From contig CBDDDZ010000002.1 of assembly GCA_965226795.1 (NCBI GenBank), positions 256,001 to 320,000 on the forward strand: a stretch of DNA of 64,000 nucleotides, in the 5' to 3' direction. This stretch comes from Candidatus Latescibacterota bacterium (GTDB lineage: Bacteria > Latescibacterota > UBA2968 > GCA-2709665). The notes beneath the pieces were generated by a model. That model was not told the DNA's origin and did no database searches. It worked only from the letters and a program-made list of their open reading frames with translations. Shown one piece after another: positions 37,574 to 48,550 of this stretch. The position numbers were made by a program, and so were the translations under genes. The first letter of the stretch is position 1. Every line of letters begins with the position of its first letter.

Positions 37574-39256
37574 TCAATCCTGTAAAAGTTCCACGCTTCT
37601 TCCGCCTTCCAGATCCATCGTGACGGCGCGGAACTGGAACCCGTATCGCTCCACCTCATCCCCACGCGTGTCACCTTCTCCGGCCGGGATCAGCACTGTC
37701 ACGGCCTTCAGATCCGCGTCCGCGGAGACCTCGTACACGCCGTTTTCGCGAAGTCCGAACCTTACCGTGCGCCGAGCGCGTTCCCAGGCGTCGATTTGAG
37801 CCGCGGTCCACCACGGCATGCCCTTATCCCTGGCATATCCGACGATTTCCCTGAGCCCGCCGCGTACGGCCGGCTCCCAGACGTGCGCGGGATGAAAAAG
37901 GAAATGGGCGATCCCGTGGTGCTCGTACGCGCGGTCCGTGAAACAATGCGCCAGGCGGGTGGAGCACCGCTTGTGAATATCCTGCACGGTCAGGTTCACC
38001 TCCAGCACGTCAATCGGCGGCCCTCCGGGCGATTCGTCGTCAACCGGAAACCAGGGGTGGCAGCCCCCAAACGGAAACCCGTTGGTATAGGGCGTATTCG
38101 GCCCGCGGCTCTGCTCCAGGGTGATGCCCGCGCGTTCGCACCAGCGGAAGAATTCCAGCCGACCCTGCCAGCGGAGCGTATGGTTTTTGTTGGTCGTGAC
38201 CGGCCGTCCCGCCGCTTGCGTGACCGTTTTCAGCTGACCGGCCAACTCGCTATATCCCCACTTCAAATGGGCGACGTCCGGCTTCTGATCGTCCGACGCC
38301 GTCTGGTAGGTCTGAGCGTCATAGTGCAACGCCACCTCCGAGCCGTAGTCCTGGATTGCGCGGTAGAACGCCGGTTGATAGTGTCCCGCCATGATGCACC
38401 ACGTCGTGCGTGCGTCCACCTCTTGCGTCAGGCGCAGCAACGACCAGCCCAGCGCCTCGTCTCCGCCGTCCGAGTCGTGCGACATGTGCGCGATGGCGGG
38501 CAGATTGTCCGGCCAGTACCACAGGACCGGCAGGGAGACGCCGCGTTCCCGGCAGGCGTACAGAACGGCCTTGATGATCAGTTCCCGGAACTCATCCGCT
38601 ATCGGTTCGAGAAAGACGAGATTTTCCTCCTCGCCCGGCACGGGCGACCGGTCGCGGTCCAGGTCCAGCGCCAACCCCTTGATCACGTCAATCCGCGTGG
38701 GACCCGACGCGGGGGGTATACGGTGCCCCTGCTGGATATGCACGATGGTTCCGACCACGTCCGGGCCCACGGCGATCGCCAGACCGGCCCCGGTCCGGTG
38801 CTCCACCACCCCGTCGCTGGCGCCCATCACCCTCGCAAGCGCCGTGCCATCCACGGCTTTGATTCTCCGCCCGCCGAAACAGTGCAGACTGCTCTTCAAT
38901 CCCGCCGTTACCGGATGGTCCTTTGCCGCCACCTGCAGATATCCGTCCGCCATGCCGCCGCGATCCACCGCGCCGAACACGTCGTCCAGCCCCGACATGC
39001 CTCCAAGGCCAATCAGTGCGCCGCCGGATTCCACGAATCCCGCCAGCAGCGTCCGCTCTGCCTCCGACAATTGAAGATGCCAGGGAAGCAGTACCACGCG
39101 AAATCCTTCCAGAGCGACCAGCGGACGTTCGATCTCGTCAAATGGAATGCCCGCGTGCGCGAGTATTTCACGAATGTAAAACCCGCCGTAACAGCGCGAA
39201 CCGTCCGAGCCTGTCTGCCCTTCCGGATCGGTCACCACACAGAGCGGAAGCCGCAT
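37574..39256 (-). CDS. hypothetical protein with glutamine-amidotransferase-like and polysaccharide-deacetylase-like domains
   Basis: AGIPFD...FVESGGALIG in the N-terminal domain; SHDSD, EVALHY, NH and FLFHP in the C-terminal domain. Confidence 0.55.
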   Translation of the reverse strand: MRLPLCVVTDPEGQTGSDGSRCYGGFYIREILAHAGIPFDEIERPLVALEGFRVVLLPWHLQLSEAERTLLAGFVESGGALIGLGGMSGLDDVFGAVDRGGMADGYLQVAAKDHPVTAGLKSSLHCFGGRRIKAVDGTALARVMGASDGVVEHRTGAGLAIAVGPDVVGTIVHIQQGHRIPPASGPTRIDVIKGLALDLDRDRSPVPGEEENLVFLEPIADEFRELIIKAVLYACRERGVSLPVLWYWPDNLPAIAHMSHDSDGGDEALGWSLLRLTQEVDARTTWCIMAGHYQPAFYRAIQDYGSEVALHYDAQTYQTASDDQKPDVAHLKWGYSELAGQLKTVTQAAGRPVTTNKNHTLRWQGRLEFFRWCERAGITLEQSRGPNTPYTNGFPFGGCHPWFPVDDESPGGPPIDVLEVNLTVQDIHKRCSTRLAHCFTDRAYEHHGIAHFLFHPAHVWEPAVRGGLREIVGYARDKGMPWWTAAQIDAWERARRTVRFGLRENGVYEVSADADLKAVTVLIPAGEGDTRGDEVERYGFQFRAVTMDLEGGRSVELLQD

Positions 39257-39370
39257 GATACATCTCCTTCAATTGAGAATCGTACGTCCCGGGTGGTTCG
39301 GCCCGCGACGCCCGGTTACGGCTGACATACCTGGACCGCAATTTCCCTCTTGCCCGGCTCGCTTTTTCTA

Positions 39371-40377
39371 CTACACCATAGCTTTCAACCTGCTGAGTTG
39401 TCCATCGGTTCCCAGCACGATCAGCACGTCGTCCTGTTGAATCGTAACGCCCGACAACCCGGCCGATGCGGCCGGGTGGATCCTGGGCTTTCCGTCCTGC
39501 CCCTGGATGCCCACGACGATCGCTCCTGTCCGCTGCCCGATATCCGTTTCCTTCAATTGCTTTCCCACCAGCGGTGACCCTGCGTCCACGTGAAACTCCT
39601 CCAGCCGCATTGCCGACTCCCCCGTGCCACGACGATATCGAGAAAATCTACGATTGATGGCCGCAGAATCACCGACGCGATCCGTCTCCCCGCCAACTGG
39701 TAGGGTGACATCACCCGGTCGGCGCCAGCCGTCATCAACTTGCCAATGCTCTGCTCCGCCGCCGCGCGCGCCACAATCTTCAAGTTCGGATTCGCCTGGC
39801 GCGCGGAAAGCACCACGAAGACATTCAGGGCATCCTCCCTCAGCACGGCAATCAACCCCTTCGCTTTGTGAATGCCGGCTTCAACCAGCACGTCGTCGTG
39901 CTCCGCGTGACCCTCCACGAACAGTACCGTTTCGTCACGGCCCAACTCAGAATGTTCGGGATCCTTATCCACGATTACAAAGGGCATTCCCGCATGCTTC
40001 AGTTCCTGCGCCACCTCTTTGCCGACCACCCCGCCGCCGCATATGATAATATGATCCTTCAGCTTTGAAACGGAACGTGTCATTCTGCGCCCTCGCATCG
40101 CGTGGAGAATCTGACCCTCGAAGACGAACCCGATTAATGTTGTCATCGAATATCCGACGGCGATCACACTGAACGTAAGAAGCAGGATCGTGAACCGCTG
40201 ACCCGTCGGCGACAACGGATGTACCTCGCCATAGCCGACGGTCGATACGGTAATCACGGTCATGTACAGGCTTTCCCACATCGTCCATTTCTCAATCCAT
40301 GCATACCCCGCCGTGCCGCCCAGCACCAGCAGAACCGGAAGCATGAACGCGAATGCAAAACGAACCAACGGCGACAT
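39371..40377 (-). pseudogene. potassium channel with TrkA-N/TrkA-C (RCK) domains, frameshifted at a G5 run (39619-39623)
   Basis: TVSTVGYGE filter and ICGGGVVG RCK motif. The TrkA-C domain (LEEFHVDAGSPLVGKQL) is in another frame; one added G restores VARGESAMRLEE. Confidence 0.8.
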
Positions 40378-40504
40378 GCCATTTCTCCAGAAAATAAACC
40401 GCCACCCGGGAGCCGTCGGCGTCAAGCCCAGGGAAGGGCCGCGTATTGGGACAGGCACACCGGGTGGTGGGTGTTCGAGGCGGGCAAAGGGCCGCCCGAA
40501 ATCG

Positions 40505-41563
40505 CTACGGTCCCGCCTGGGCATTTGCCACCAGCACCGGATCGCTCGGCCCGTAGGCGTTGTTCCGGATCCGGGTTTTTCCGTCGGACCGGACCGAGAG
40601 TTCATCCGGTCGCTGGTACAGCCAGTTGTGGTGGATATCAACGCCCTCTTCAGGCACGCCCCGCACCACGACAGCCGTCTTCGGGCAGCGGAACGTATTG
40701 TGATGCACCTTCATCCACGTACCGGCCACGTCGGTTCCGTCTTTTCGGTCCCTGCCGCCGTGCATGTCGAAACAATGGCTCAACGATTCGCCGATTTCCA
40801 CGTTGTGCCGCGCTTCGTATCCACTGCCCGCCCGCCCGGTTCCCGCCAGCGAGTGGCGGTTGTAGTCGAACCGATTGTATTCGATCAGCGAAAACGCCTC
40901 GTCGTGGCTCACTCCGTAACCCAGGCCGTTATATTGATTGTGATGGATGAAATTATGGTGGATGTGATGACCGTCTCCGGCCTGGAGGTAGACCGCCGCG
41001 TGGCTCCAGCCCCCCAGTTCGCAATTGTCCACTTCCAGGCCCGCGTATCCGGTCACGATCCCGTCGGCCGTCGGGAATTTATAGTAGTACTCGTGCCCCC
41101 TTCCCTCGCGAAACGAACGGTTGTGGTGCTCCAGGCACCGCTTGGGATTGGGGCCTTTTATACGCAATCCCGTAACCCGGACGTCCGGCCCGGTCGCCCG
41201 GATCAAGGGTTTTGTATCGAACGTATCGCACAATATCATCCCACCCGGAGATCCGTCCGTACCCCGGTTACCGGCCAGGGTGACCCCCTCGGGAATCTCC
41301 AGCACGAGAGATTCGATATACACCCGTTCGGTGCAGTCGATCTCCGCCTCGCCGTCCACGTATACCACGTCTCCCGATTTGGCCTGCGCCAGCGCTTCCA
41401 GCAGTTGGTCCAGCGTGGACACCGCGTTCACGGGTGACGATACCGCACATTTATATCCTTCGCCCCCGCCGATGGGCCCCCGTTCATCTGCCCGTGCACC
41501 GCAAGCTTCCCCCGAAATCTCGATCCAGGTCTGTCCCAACGGTTCCATTTCGCTATCGAACAT
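40505..41563 (-). CDS. right-handed parallel beta-helix (pectin lyase-like) protein
   Basis: Repeated Asn-ladder motifs (VDNCE, IHHNFIHHN, IEYNRF, VHHNTF); AAGGAGG RBS. Confidence 0.8.
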   Translation of the reverse strand: MFDSEMEPLGQTWIEISGEACGARADERGPIGGGEGYKCAVSSPVNAVSTLDQLLEALAQAKSGDVVYVDGEAEIDCTERVYIESLVLEIPEGVTLAGNRGTDGSPGGMILCDTFDTKPLIRATGPDVRVTGLRIKGPNPKRCLEHHNRSFREGRGHEYYYKFPTADGIVTGYAGLEVDNCELGGWSHAAVYLQAGDGHHIHHNFIHHNQYNGLGYGVSHDEAFSLIEYNRFDYNRHSLAGTGRAGSGYEARHNVEIGESLSHCFDMHGGRDRKDGTDVAGTWMKVHHNTFRCPKTAVVVRGVPEEGVDIHHNWLYQRPDELSVRSDGKTRIRNNAYGPSDPVLVANAQAGP

Positions 41564-41586
41564 CGCCAGCCTCCTTTTCAGCACGG

Positions 41587-42549
41587 TTACTCATTCAGTG
41601 AAACCACGTACCCTTCCTTGTTGTCCACGACGTTCAAAAGCGGGGCCCCATCCCGGAACCGCCGTACGTTTTCCAGGATCAGACCGATCCGACGATCCTC
41701 GATCCGGTCCGATTCCGCACCGACGTGAGGTGTTATCATCACATTCTCCATCGCCCAGAGCGGGTGCCCCTCCGGCAGCGGCTCCTCCTCGAAAACGTCC
41801 AGACCGGCGCCCGCCAGTTCGCCATTCCGGAGCGCCCTCGAGAGCGCGGCGAGGTCCACCACCTTTCCCCGCCCGATGTTGATGAATATGGCGCTCTGCT
41901 TCATCGCCTTCAAAGCCGCGGCGTCGATCAGCCGGTCGGTCTGACCGGTATGCGGCACGCAGATCACGAAGAAATCCACCTCTCCCAGCATCGCGTGCAA
42001 TTCATCCACGCCGTATATCCGTTCCACGAAGTCGGGGCGTCCCTTCGGGGCCGGGTCCAATGCCAGCACACGCATGCCGAATGCATGGCCCCGTTCGGCA
42101 ATCGCGAGTCCGATGCCGCCCAGACCCAGCACGCCCAGGGTGGTACCCGCCACGTGGATCACCGGAACGGGTTTTTTCTCCCATCGACCTTCCAGTTGAC
42201 TCCGGAAATAAACCGGTATGCCCCTGGCCAGCGAGAGCAGCAGCGCAAACACGTGCTCGGCGATCACGTCGCTGTAAATCCCGCGCAGATTGGTTACCGT
42301 AACCGCACTCTCCCGTAATTCAGGGAAATAATAGCCGTCGAGGCCCGCGCTTGTCGCCTGTATCCATCGCAGCTTTTTTCCCGCGGCCAGCAGCGCCGGT
42401 GTCATACGACCGTAAAACGCATCCGCGTCCACAATCAGATCCAACGCCGCCGCCTCGGAATCCGCTTCGCACGCCTCTACGCCCAGGTATCTCACCCGAG
42501 CCATCCAATCCGGCTTGAGCGCCGGCCGGAATACCATTTTCACAGCCAT
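41587..42549 (-). CDS. D-isomer-specific 2-hydroxyacid dehydrogenase
   Basis: GLGGIG, INIGRG, GAGLDVFEEEPL and ITPHV motifs. Confidence 0.93.
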   Translation of the reverse strand: MAVKMVFRPALKPDWMARVRYLGVEACEADSEAAALDLIVDADAFYGRMTPALLAAGKKLRWIQATSAGLDGYYFPELRESAVTVTNLRGIYSDVIAEHVFALLLSLARGIPVYFRSQLEGRWEKKPVPVIHVAGTTLGVLGLGGIGLAIAERGHAFGMRVLALDPAPKGRPDFVERIYGVDELHAMLGEVDFFVICVPHTGQTDRLIDAAALKAMKQSAIFINIGRGKVVDLAALSRALRNGELAGAGLDVFEEEPLPEGHPLWAMENVMITPHVGAESDRIEDRRIGLILENVRRFRDGAPLLNVVDNKEGYVVSLNE

Positions 42550-42550
42550 C

Positions 42551-43423
42551 TCAAAGCCCCTCCACCGGGATGAAATCACCCCTGTCGTCAATCCTGATAT
42601 AACCCCAGTACTGCTCCGGATCGTGCGGCCATACCACCAGCCAGCCCTCACCGGCCGCTCGTTTCAACACCTGCTGCCGCACCTTGAATGTCTTCCTGGG
42701 ATACAAGTCGAACGCCATAATGTAGACCGGGTGCACGTGATGTCTGGTGGGCGCCAGGTCTCCAACGAAACAGATGGTCTCGCCGCCCGACTGTACCAGG
42801 ACGGACTGATGGGAACGGGTGTGTCCGGGCGTGAGAAAAACATGCACGCCGGGGCAGACTTCCGCGTCGCCCTCGACAAGCTCCAGAACGCCCGCGCGTT
42901 CCAGGGGCAGCAGGTCCGACGCGGCGTTATAGCCTCGAACCGTCTGCCGGTCGGCGCCCAGGGCGTCTTCCCACTCCTGTCGCTGCACCGTGTACCGGGC
43001 GTTTGGAAACGCCGGTTCGAACCCGTATTCCGTCCGAACCGTCGTCCCGCCCGCGTGGTCCATGTGCAGGTGGGTGAGCACCACCCGGTCCACCGCCGCA
43101 GGCGCCACACCCGCTTCGGCCAGCGCTTCGATCACGCCCCGGGATGGGTCCGCCCCGTATATGTCCCTGTACTTCGGGAGCAGCTTCGCGGCGCCAATGC
43201 CGGTTTCCACCAGCACCGTGTCCGTTCGCGTTTCCACCAGCAGGCAGTTCAGGCCGAGTTGAATCCTGTTTCTCTCGTCGGGAGGAATCTTCTGTTCCCA
43301 GATCGACCGGGGAACCACGCCGAACATCGTGCCCCCGTCGAGCATGAACCGCCCGGCGTCCAGCGCCGTTACGCGGATTTCCCCGATGGTCCGGGAATCA
43401 CCCTTTCGATAGGAATGCTCCAC
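42551..43423 (-). CDS. MBL-fold metallo-hydrolase (YtnP-like)
   Basis: LDGGTMFGVVP, THLHMDHAGG, PGHT and GDL motifs. Confidence 0.92.
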   Translation of the reverse strand: MEHSYRKGDSRTIGEIRVTALDAGRFMLDGGTMFGVVPRSIWEQKIPPDERNRIQLGLNCLLVETRTDTVLVETGIGAAKLLPKYRDIYGADPSRGVIEALAEAGVAPAAVDRVVLTHLHMDHAGGTTVRTEYGFEPAFPNARYTVQRQEWEDALGADRQTVRGYNAASDLLPLERAGVLELVEGDAEVCPGVHVFLTPGHTRSHQSVLVQSGGETICFVGDLAPTRHHVHPVYIMAFDLYPRKTFKVRQQVLKRAAGEGWLVVWPHDPEQYWGYIRIDDRGDFIPVEGL

Positions 43424-43849
43424 CCGATTCCGACTGTGAATGGACTGCGTTGCGATTGCGACTTGTCGCCATTTCCCGGCACGGTCCAGCCGTTTCGACC
43501 ACTGTCATTATGCACGTATCGTTTGTCGGATGTCAAGCGCAAAAAAGCGCCAGTACCCACATCCGGCGCTGCAAGCGTCCTTTGCGGATCGCCCGACGAT
43601 TCGGTGGAGATCGATTCTACGGCACCGTCTCATCACTCGATTGCTGACTCAGCGAAGCGATAGAGAAGAATTGCATCAAATTCCCTACGAATTGGCATTG
43701 ACGTCGGGGTCCACTTCACTTGGCTATCGTTAACCATGACCGAAATGCCCAACACAGCATTGCCAAGGTATGGTTGCGCGCTATACCGGAATTTGACGGA
43801 TCGGTGTGGGCTTTTGTTGTATATATTGTGGATCTGCGGTACGATAGCC

Positions 43850-44566
43850 CTACGTGCCAATATAGAGTGAGACAACTCTCCCGCCGGTATTGCTGCTATT
43901 TCCGGCCTGTGCACACATCGAAGCAAGCCTTTTGCAGGCCGAGAGTTGGGGGCCATGTTTCAGATGTTTCAATATTACCTGGCTGCATTCTTCCGGACTC
44001 ATCTTCGCGGTATCGACTTTGAGGTCGTATATCCCGGGGTTGTGCACCTCGCGATTCCATCGATGCACCCGATAAGGCGGGGGCGTGCCATCCGGAATTT
44101 CCTGCTCCTTGAGCCACGTGCTACGCCGTCGCTCCCACACGATATCAACAGGGCAGCGCACGCCGACGAACAGGACGGGCAAACCTTCCATACGGCGCGC
44201 ACAGTCGTACAGGATTCCTTGATGACTCCCGTAGTCGTCATGATGGCCGACGTCGGTAACAACGTTCAAACCCAAACGACTGTGCGCCGCAATCGAGTCA
44301 TACATCGCTGCGTACATTAAAGGCACGATACGTTCTATTTTCTTCCTTTGTGCAAAAGGTTTTTCTTCCATTTTCTCAATCCCCGCCGGACGAAGCCCGA
44401 CCCCTGGCCGGTACCGTTCGGGTGTAATGCGTATATACGAATCTGCGCCCAGGTTCACCCACAACTCATCCGAAGCTTCCTGGATCGCCGTGGCTATGCT
44501 TGATTTTCCGGATCGCGGAGTGCCGTTCAGGATGATGACTTTGCCCAGCTGAATTTCATGTTTCAT
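43850..44566 (-). CDS. chloramphenicol phosphotransferase (CPT)-like kinase
   Basis: IILNGTPRSGKSS, VGVRCP and YDLKVDT motifs. Confidence 0.85.
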   Translation of the reverse strand: MKHEIQLGKVIILNGTPRSGKSSIATAIQEASDELWVNLGADSYIRITPERYRPGVGLRPAGIEKMEEKPFAQRKKIERIVPLMYAAMYDSIAAHSRLGLNVVTDVGHHDDYGSHQGILYDCARRMEGLPVLFVGVRCPVDIVWERRRSTWLKEQEIPDGTPPPYRVHRWNREVHNPGIYDLKVDTAKMSPEECSQVILKHLKHGPQLSACKRLASMCAQAGNSSNTGGRVVSLYIGT

Positions 44567-44639
44567 AATTTGCAGTACCTCAATCGGTCGGCCGGGACGA
44601 CCGCTGCCCCGACTTTTCACTGCCCGATTCATGAATGCC

Positions 44640-44850
44640 CCTACTTCATGTGGCACCGGATCGACGGCGCGGGTTCATAGAAAAAACGGGCATATCCCTG
44701 AACCGGGATGTGCCGGTTACAATGCCGAGGCCGAACCGGCTCAGGAATCGGTCATCAGAATATCAGAGAGCTGATTATTGGTGGCAATCATATACTATAC
44801 AGAACAGATTGTGTTCCAGCAATGGCATTGGGTTTCGCACTCCATTATTC
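44640..44850 (+). pseudogene. degraded RelE/ParE-family toxin remnant
   Basis: GR...IGHQNIRELIIGGNHILYR resembles the ParE/RelE GRxxxE...IRELIVGNYRIIYR motif; no intact ORF. Confidence 0.35.
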
Positions 44851-45246
44851 CCAGGCCAATAGTCGCTGCCAGCCTGGTAGAAAATCGCTGAAGCGTTGTC
44901 AACCGCGAAATCTTCCTCCGTGTTAAGGTCGAGCTTTTAACGGGCAGGCTACGCGACATACGGGCTCGTCCTGAGTCGGACGATGCAGAATATTTGAATC
45001 TCGTTGACGAAAGCCAATTGAGAAATTGAATTTTTCCTAAAAATAGGTTATCTTGGAGATAAGGCTTGGACACGCCAATGGATTTTATTGAAGGGGTACT
45101 TGATGGCAAGGAAGCGCTGCTCGCTATCAAGGGCCTTTTTGATGGCAGCGTCGAGACCGGGGTCGAGGACGAGCCGGAAATCCTGTTGGTGCGTGCCTGG
45201 TGGTTTTTGGCGAGTGAGAGGTGTAGATGATAGAGGAGGCGATGTT

Positions 45247-45465
45247 ATGGGTTTTGCAATTGTAGACGGGGCAAAAAGGCTGATTGACCGCGTGATTAGA
45301 TGCGAACGTCCTGAAGATCCGGTTGATGAGGTCGCTGACGATTCATGGGAGCGCCAGCGCGGCGCTGAGCTCTATCGGGACTATAAGGATGGCAAGATCG
45401 AGATTATGTCGGCCGAAGCGACCGAAGAACTAGTGCAAGACCTGAAGAGAAAGTGGTCGTCATAG
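45247..45465 (+). CDS. small hypothetical protein, putative antitoxin
   Basis: 72 aa with GAGGAGG RBS; ends GKIEIMSAEATEELVQDLKRKWSS; stop overlaps the GTG of a 22-codon ORF beginning MADYLLSKAA. Confidence 0.5.
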   Translation: MGFAIVDGAKRLIDRVIRCERPEDPVDEVADDSWERQRGAELYRDYKDGKIEIMSAEATEELVQDLKRKWSS

Positions 45466-45572
45466 TGGCTGATTATCTGCTTTCAAAGGCTGCAGGTAAT
45501 GGCCGAAAAAAAGAAGCGATGAGGCTGAAATAAACGGAACGGGGACACCGTGTCGCGGTGTACTCAGCCGAC

Positions 45573-45921
45573 TTATGACTTGCCGACCACCTCCACCACC
45601 CCTTCCGCGGGGCGCATCCGGACAGTATCGCCGGTCCGGATGGTCGCGAGTGGATCGGGTTCCAATTCGTGCATCAGCGCCACGTTCGCCAGCACCGCGC
45701 CCTGCACCATAACCGGGTTGGTGCGTCCGAATATGAATCCCGCCGGACAGGTTCCCCGCGCCACCATGTCCAGCATCATCCAGGACGTGGCCACGCCGCC
45801 CTTGGACGTGCGAAACACGACGATTTTTCCAGCGATCGACTGCCCGTAGAGCGGGTGCGTCTCCCGGCTGATTACGCCTTTGTACCGGTCATAATCGTAC
45901 CGGGCACTGAATCCTTCCTCG
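45573..45921 (-). pseudogene. 5'-truncated duplicate of the aconitase X swivel-subunit gene (direct repeat copy)
   Basis: 45586-45921 matches 48564-48899: 287 bp identical, then 5 mismatches in 49 bp. Lacks the first ~25 codons. Confidence 0.85.
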
Positions 45922-46116
45922 TACGATCCGAGCAGATACTCCGTGCATTGATCGTCAGACCACAAGGGCCTTAGTAATCCTGTACCGACGGCACTGGAAT
46001 CATACGCGTAGTGAGGTACAGGGACAGGTTTCGCAGGCCGGTCCATCCTTTGTAGCGATGGGAGTGAGTGCCGGGTTCCCAGCCCTCATCGCCAGCTGTG
46101 TTTCCGTTAGTCCAAT

Positions 46117-48306
46117 TCAGTTGTAACTGCCGGCGAAGATCAGAAAATCCGCAAACCCAATGGCGCCGTCCCCGTCCAGATCGAATCGCGTGTCATATCC
46201 CGTATCGCCCAGACCCAGCCCGAATGCGGCTGCAAACTGAATGAAGTCCGAAAAGCCAACGGTCCCATCCCGATCGAAGTCGGCTTTAGCCAAAGCTTCC
46301 GCCACAAAGGTTTTCTGATACGCATCTGTACCTGAGACTTTAACAGTCACGGTGTTGGTACCCGGTTTGCCTCCAAGCGTCAGTGTGCTCGACGCCCGAC
46401 CCGTTGAATCCGTCGTCGTGGATTCTAAAGAGAGCGTTCCACCACCTGTTGTGACAGCAAACGAGACTGGTACGCCTTCAAACGCCGTCCTGTTCTGATC
46501 CGATACCGATACCACGAACGGCTCTGTCAATTGAGCGCCGGTCTGTCCCTTTTGACCGTCACCGGAGAACTTCTCCAACCTCTTTGGTACGCGTGGGTCG
46601 AACTCTATGGTTACCCCTCGGCTCCGGAGGGCGGGGATTTGCCCATTGATGGAGAGGTAACTTAGGGGATTTGCCAAGATTTTCAGGAATCCCAGGTGGA
46701 TCAACTCCGCCAGAGGAGATATATCAGAGATCAGGTTGCCATAAAGCTCTAATGTTTCAAGGTGGATCAACTTCGCGAGGGGAGTGATTTCTCTGATCCG
46801 ATTGTCGCCAAGTTCCAGAGATGAGATATTGATTAACTCCGCCACGGGCGAGAGGTCCCTCACCGAGTTTCCCGCAATATTCAAACTGGTCAGATTGGCC
46901 ATCTTAGCCAACGATGAGATATCCGAGATGTTGTTTCTGTAGAGCTGCAATGACTCCAGGACGGTTAGTCCTTCCAGGGGAGTGATATCGCTGATTTGGT
47001 TGTCGCCAAGGAATAACTCCGTTAGATTAACTGCATTCTCGAGACCGGTAAGGTCTGCAATCTGTCTACCGGTGCCTTCAAGCCTTTCCAATCTCAACAT
47101 ATCCAGTTGGACGATGGAATCTCCAGTTGTCAAGCCGAGGGTTTCCCGCGCCACCGAGGCTAAACCTGAATCGGGTATCGACACGACTTTGGGCGTATGC
47201 AGTGACGCAATGTCGATTGCATACCATTTCTCCGTGACATTTCCATACACATCGACGACCCTGAGTGACACACGATTCCTTGGTGCTTCCGTCACTGCGG
47301 AAGTGGTAAATTCAACGGAGCCACTTTCCCCGTCCAGGCCTGACCCTTGACAATCAATTGCGTCACCAGAGTAGTTATGCAACTGCGCTTGGTGGAGTCC
47401 ATCAGGATCGGTCATCTCAAAGTGCAGGCGTACAGAGCGGGGTGCCACCGCGACCGGGACACGCATCTGAATTCGGGTGTGTTCATCTTTCTCGGGATAA
47501 CGTTGGCCTATGTTGAAGTAGCGGTGGGCATCCAGCCATTCGGCGGCACAGAATGACGTAACCATCCAGTCGGTGTGATACGAAGATGGGCTTCGAGAGG
47601 CATTTATGAAGCGATCATGCGCCAGTCCAAAGGCGTGTCCGAGTTCATGGGCAGCAACGGCAACATTGAAACAACTCCAGCCGCGTTCGCGTTGGAGGCG
47701 ACTGTTGGGGGCGGGTATAAGTACCGCTCCGCCTTCGGGGCCATCCGCTCCCCCTTGCCCGCAATAGCCGTCGATGGTCGCGGTACTTACATCCAGCGCG
47801 ACGAAGTAGATATTCGCTGACAGGTCAAACTGTTCAGCCGTTTCTTCGTCAATGACTTTGCGGAAGGTTTCCTTATGATAGTACTCATCGTTGAACTTCC
47901 CTTTCACATGATGCACCACAGCCTTTCCATCGCCGTCGGTTTCAAACCTGAAGGTTTTTCTGCCGAACCCGTGGTATTCCATCACCTCCGCGTACGATTG
48001 CTGTGCGTCTCTTATCAAGCTATCCATCTTTGCGTCTATGTCTTGCTGGGGCGTGCGGTCGCTTGGGAGAAAGTAGATCAGCCTCACCGTGAGCGATTCG
48101 CCGACGTTCAGACCCGAGAGCCGCTTGGCCGCGGGGCTAGGGTGATGCCGCCGCAATTGCTCGTAATCAAACGGCGCGCAGAAATTTGCGCTATCGGGCG
48201 GCGGCGCAGTCGAAGCGGAACTGACAGAACGGACGCAGAGAGGCGCAAGCAAGCATATCGCCAGCTTAAACAACCGCATCAGCTTATCAAACGCCGTGCC
48301 CTTCAT
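46117..48306 (-). CDS. secreted zinc metalloprotease + internalin-like LRR + Big_1 + dockerin/EF-hand-like protein
   Basis: HELGHAFGLAH (HExxHxxGxxH), about 6 LxxLxLxxNxIxDISPL repeats, Ig-like domain, DFDRDGTVGFSDF/DLDGDGAIGFADF tail. Confidence 0.85.
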   Translation of the reverse strand: MKGTAFDKLMRLFKLAICLLAPLCVRSVSSASTAPPPDSANFCAPFDYEQLRRHHPSPAAKRLSGLNVGESLTVRLIYFLPSDRTPQQDIDAKMDSLIRDAQQSYAEVMEYHGFGRKTFRFETDGDGKAVVHHVKGKFNDEYYHKETFRKVIDEETAEQFDLSANIYFVALDVSTATIDGYCGQGGADGPEGGAVLIPAPNSRLQRERGWSCFNVAVAAHELGHAFGLAHDRFINASRSPSSYHTDWMVTSFCAAEWLDAHRYFNIGQRYPEKDEHTRIQMRVPVAVAPRSVRLHFEMTDPDGLHQAQLHNYSGDAIDCQGSGLDGESGSVEFTTSAVTEAPRNRVSLRVVDVYGNVTEKWYAIDIASLHTPKVVSIPDSGLASVARETLGLTTGDSIVQLDMLRLERLEGTGRQIADLTGLENAVNLTELFLGDNQISDITPLEGLTVLESLQLYRNNISDISSLAKMANLTSLNIAGNSVRDLSPVAELINISSLELGDNRIREITPLAKLIHLETLELYGNLISDISPLAELIHLGFLKILANPLSYLSINGQIPALRSRGVTIEFDPRVPKRLEKFSGDGQKGQTGAQLTEPFVVSVSDQNRTAFEGVPVSFAVTTGGGTLSLESTTTDSTGRASSTLTLGGKPGTNTVTVKVSGTDAYQKTFVAEALAKADFDRDGTVGFSDFIQFAAAFGLGLGDTGYDTRFDLDGDGAIGFADFLIFAGSYN

Positions 48307-48550
48307 AGGTGCTTTCTCTGAGTTTCTGATTGCGGGAATTCTCAAACCTGAATCCATGGATATCCGATGGTGCAATTTGTGAATTGTAAAATGAGACAAT
48401 CGGTATAGCTTCAAGAACTGAGATTCTTTGTAAAGTTGTGATTTCTGAATGGGTTTGCCAATACGGCCTGCGACGTTCACTTCCCGGACAGTTTTCTGTT
48501 CGCGTATTGCCATCGTGGATGGAATCCCTGAAACACTTTCAGCCGCGAAC

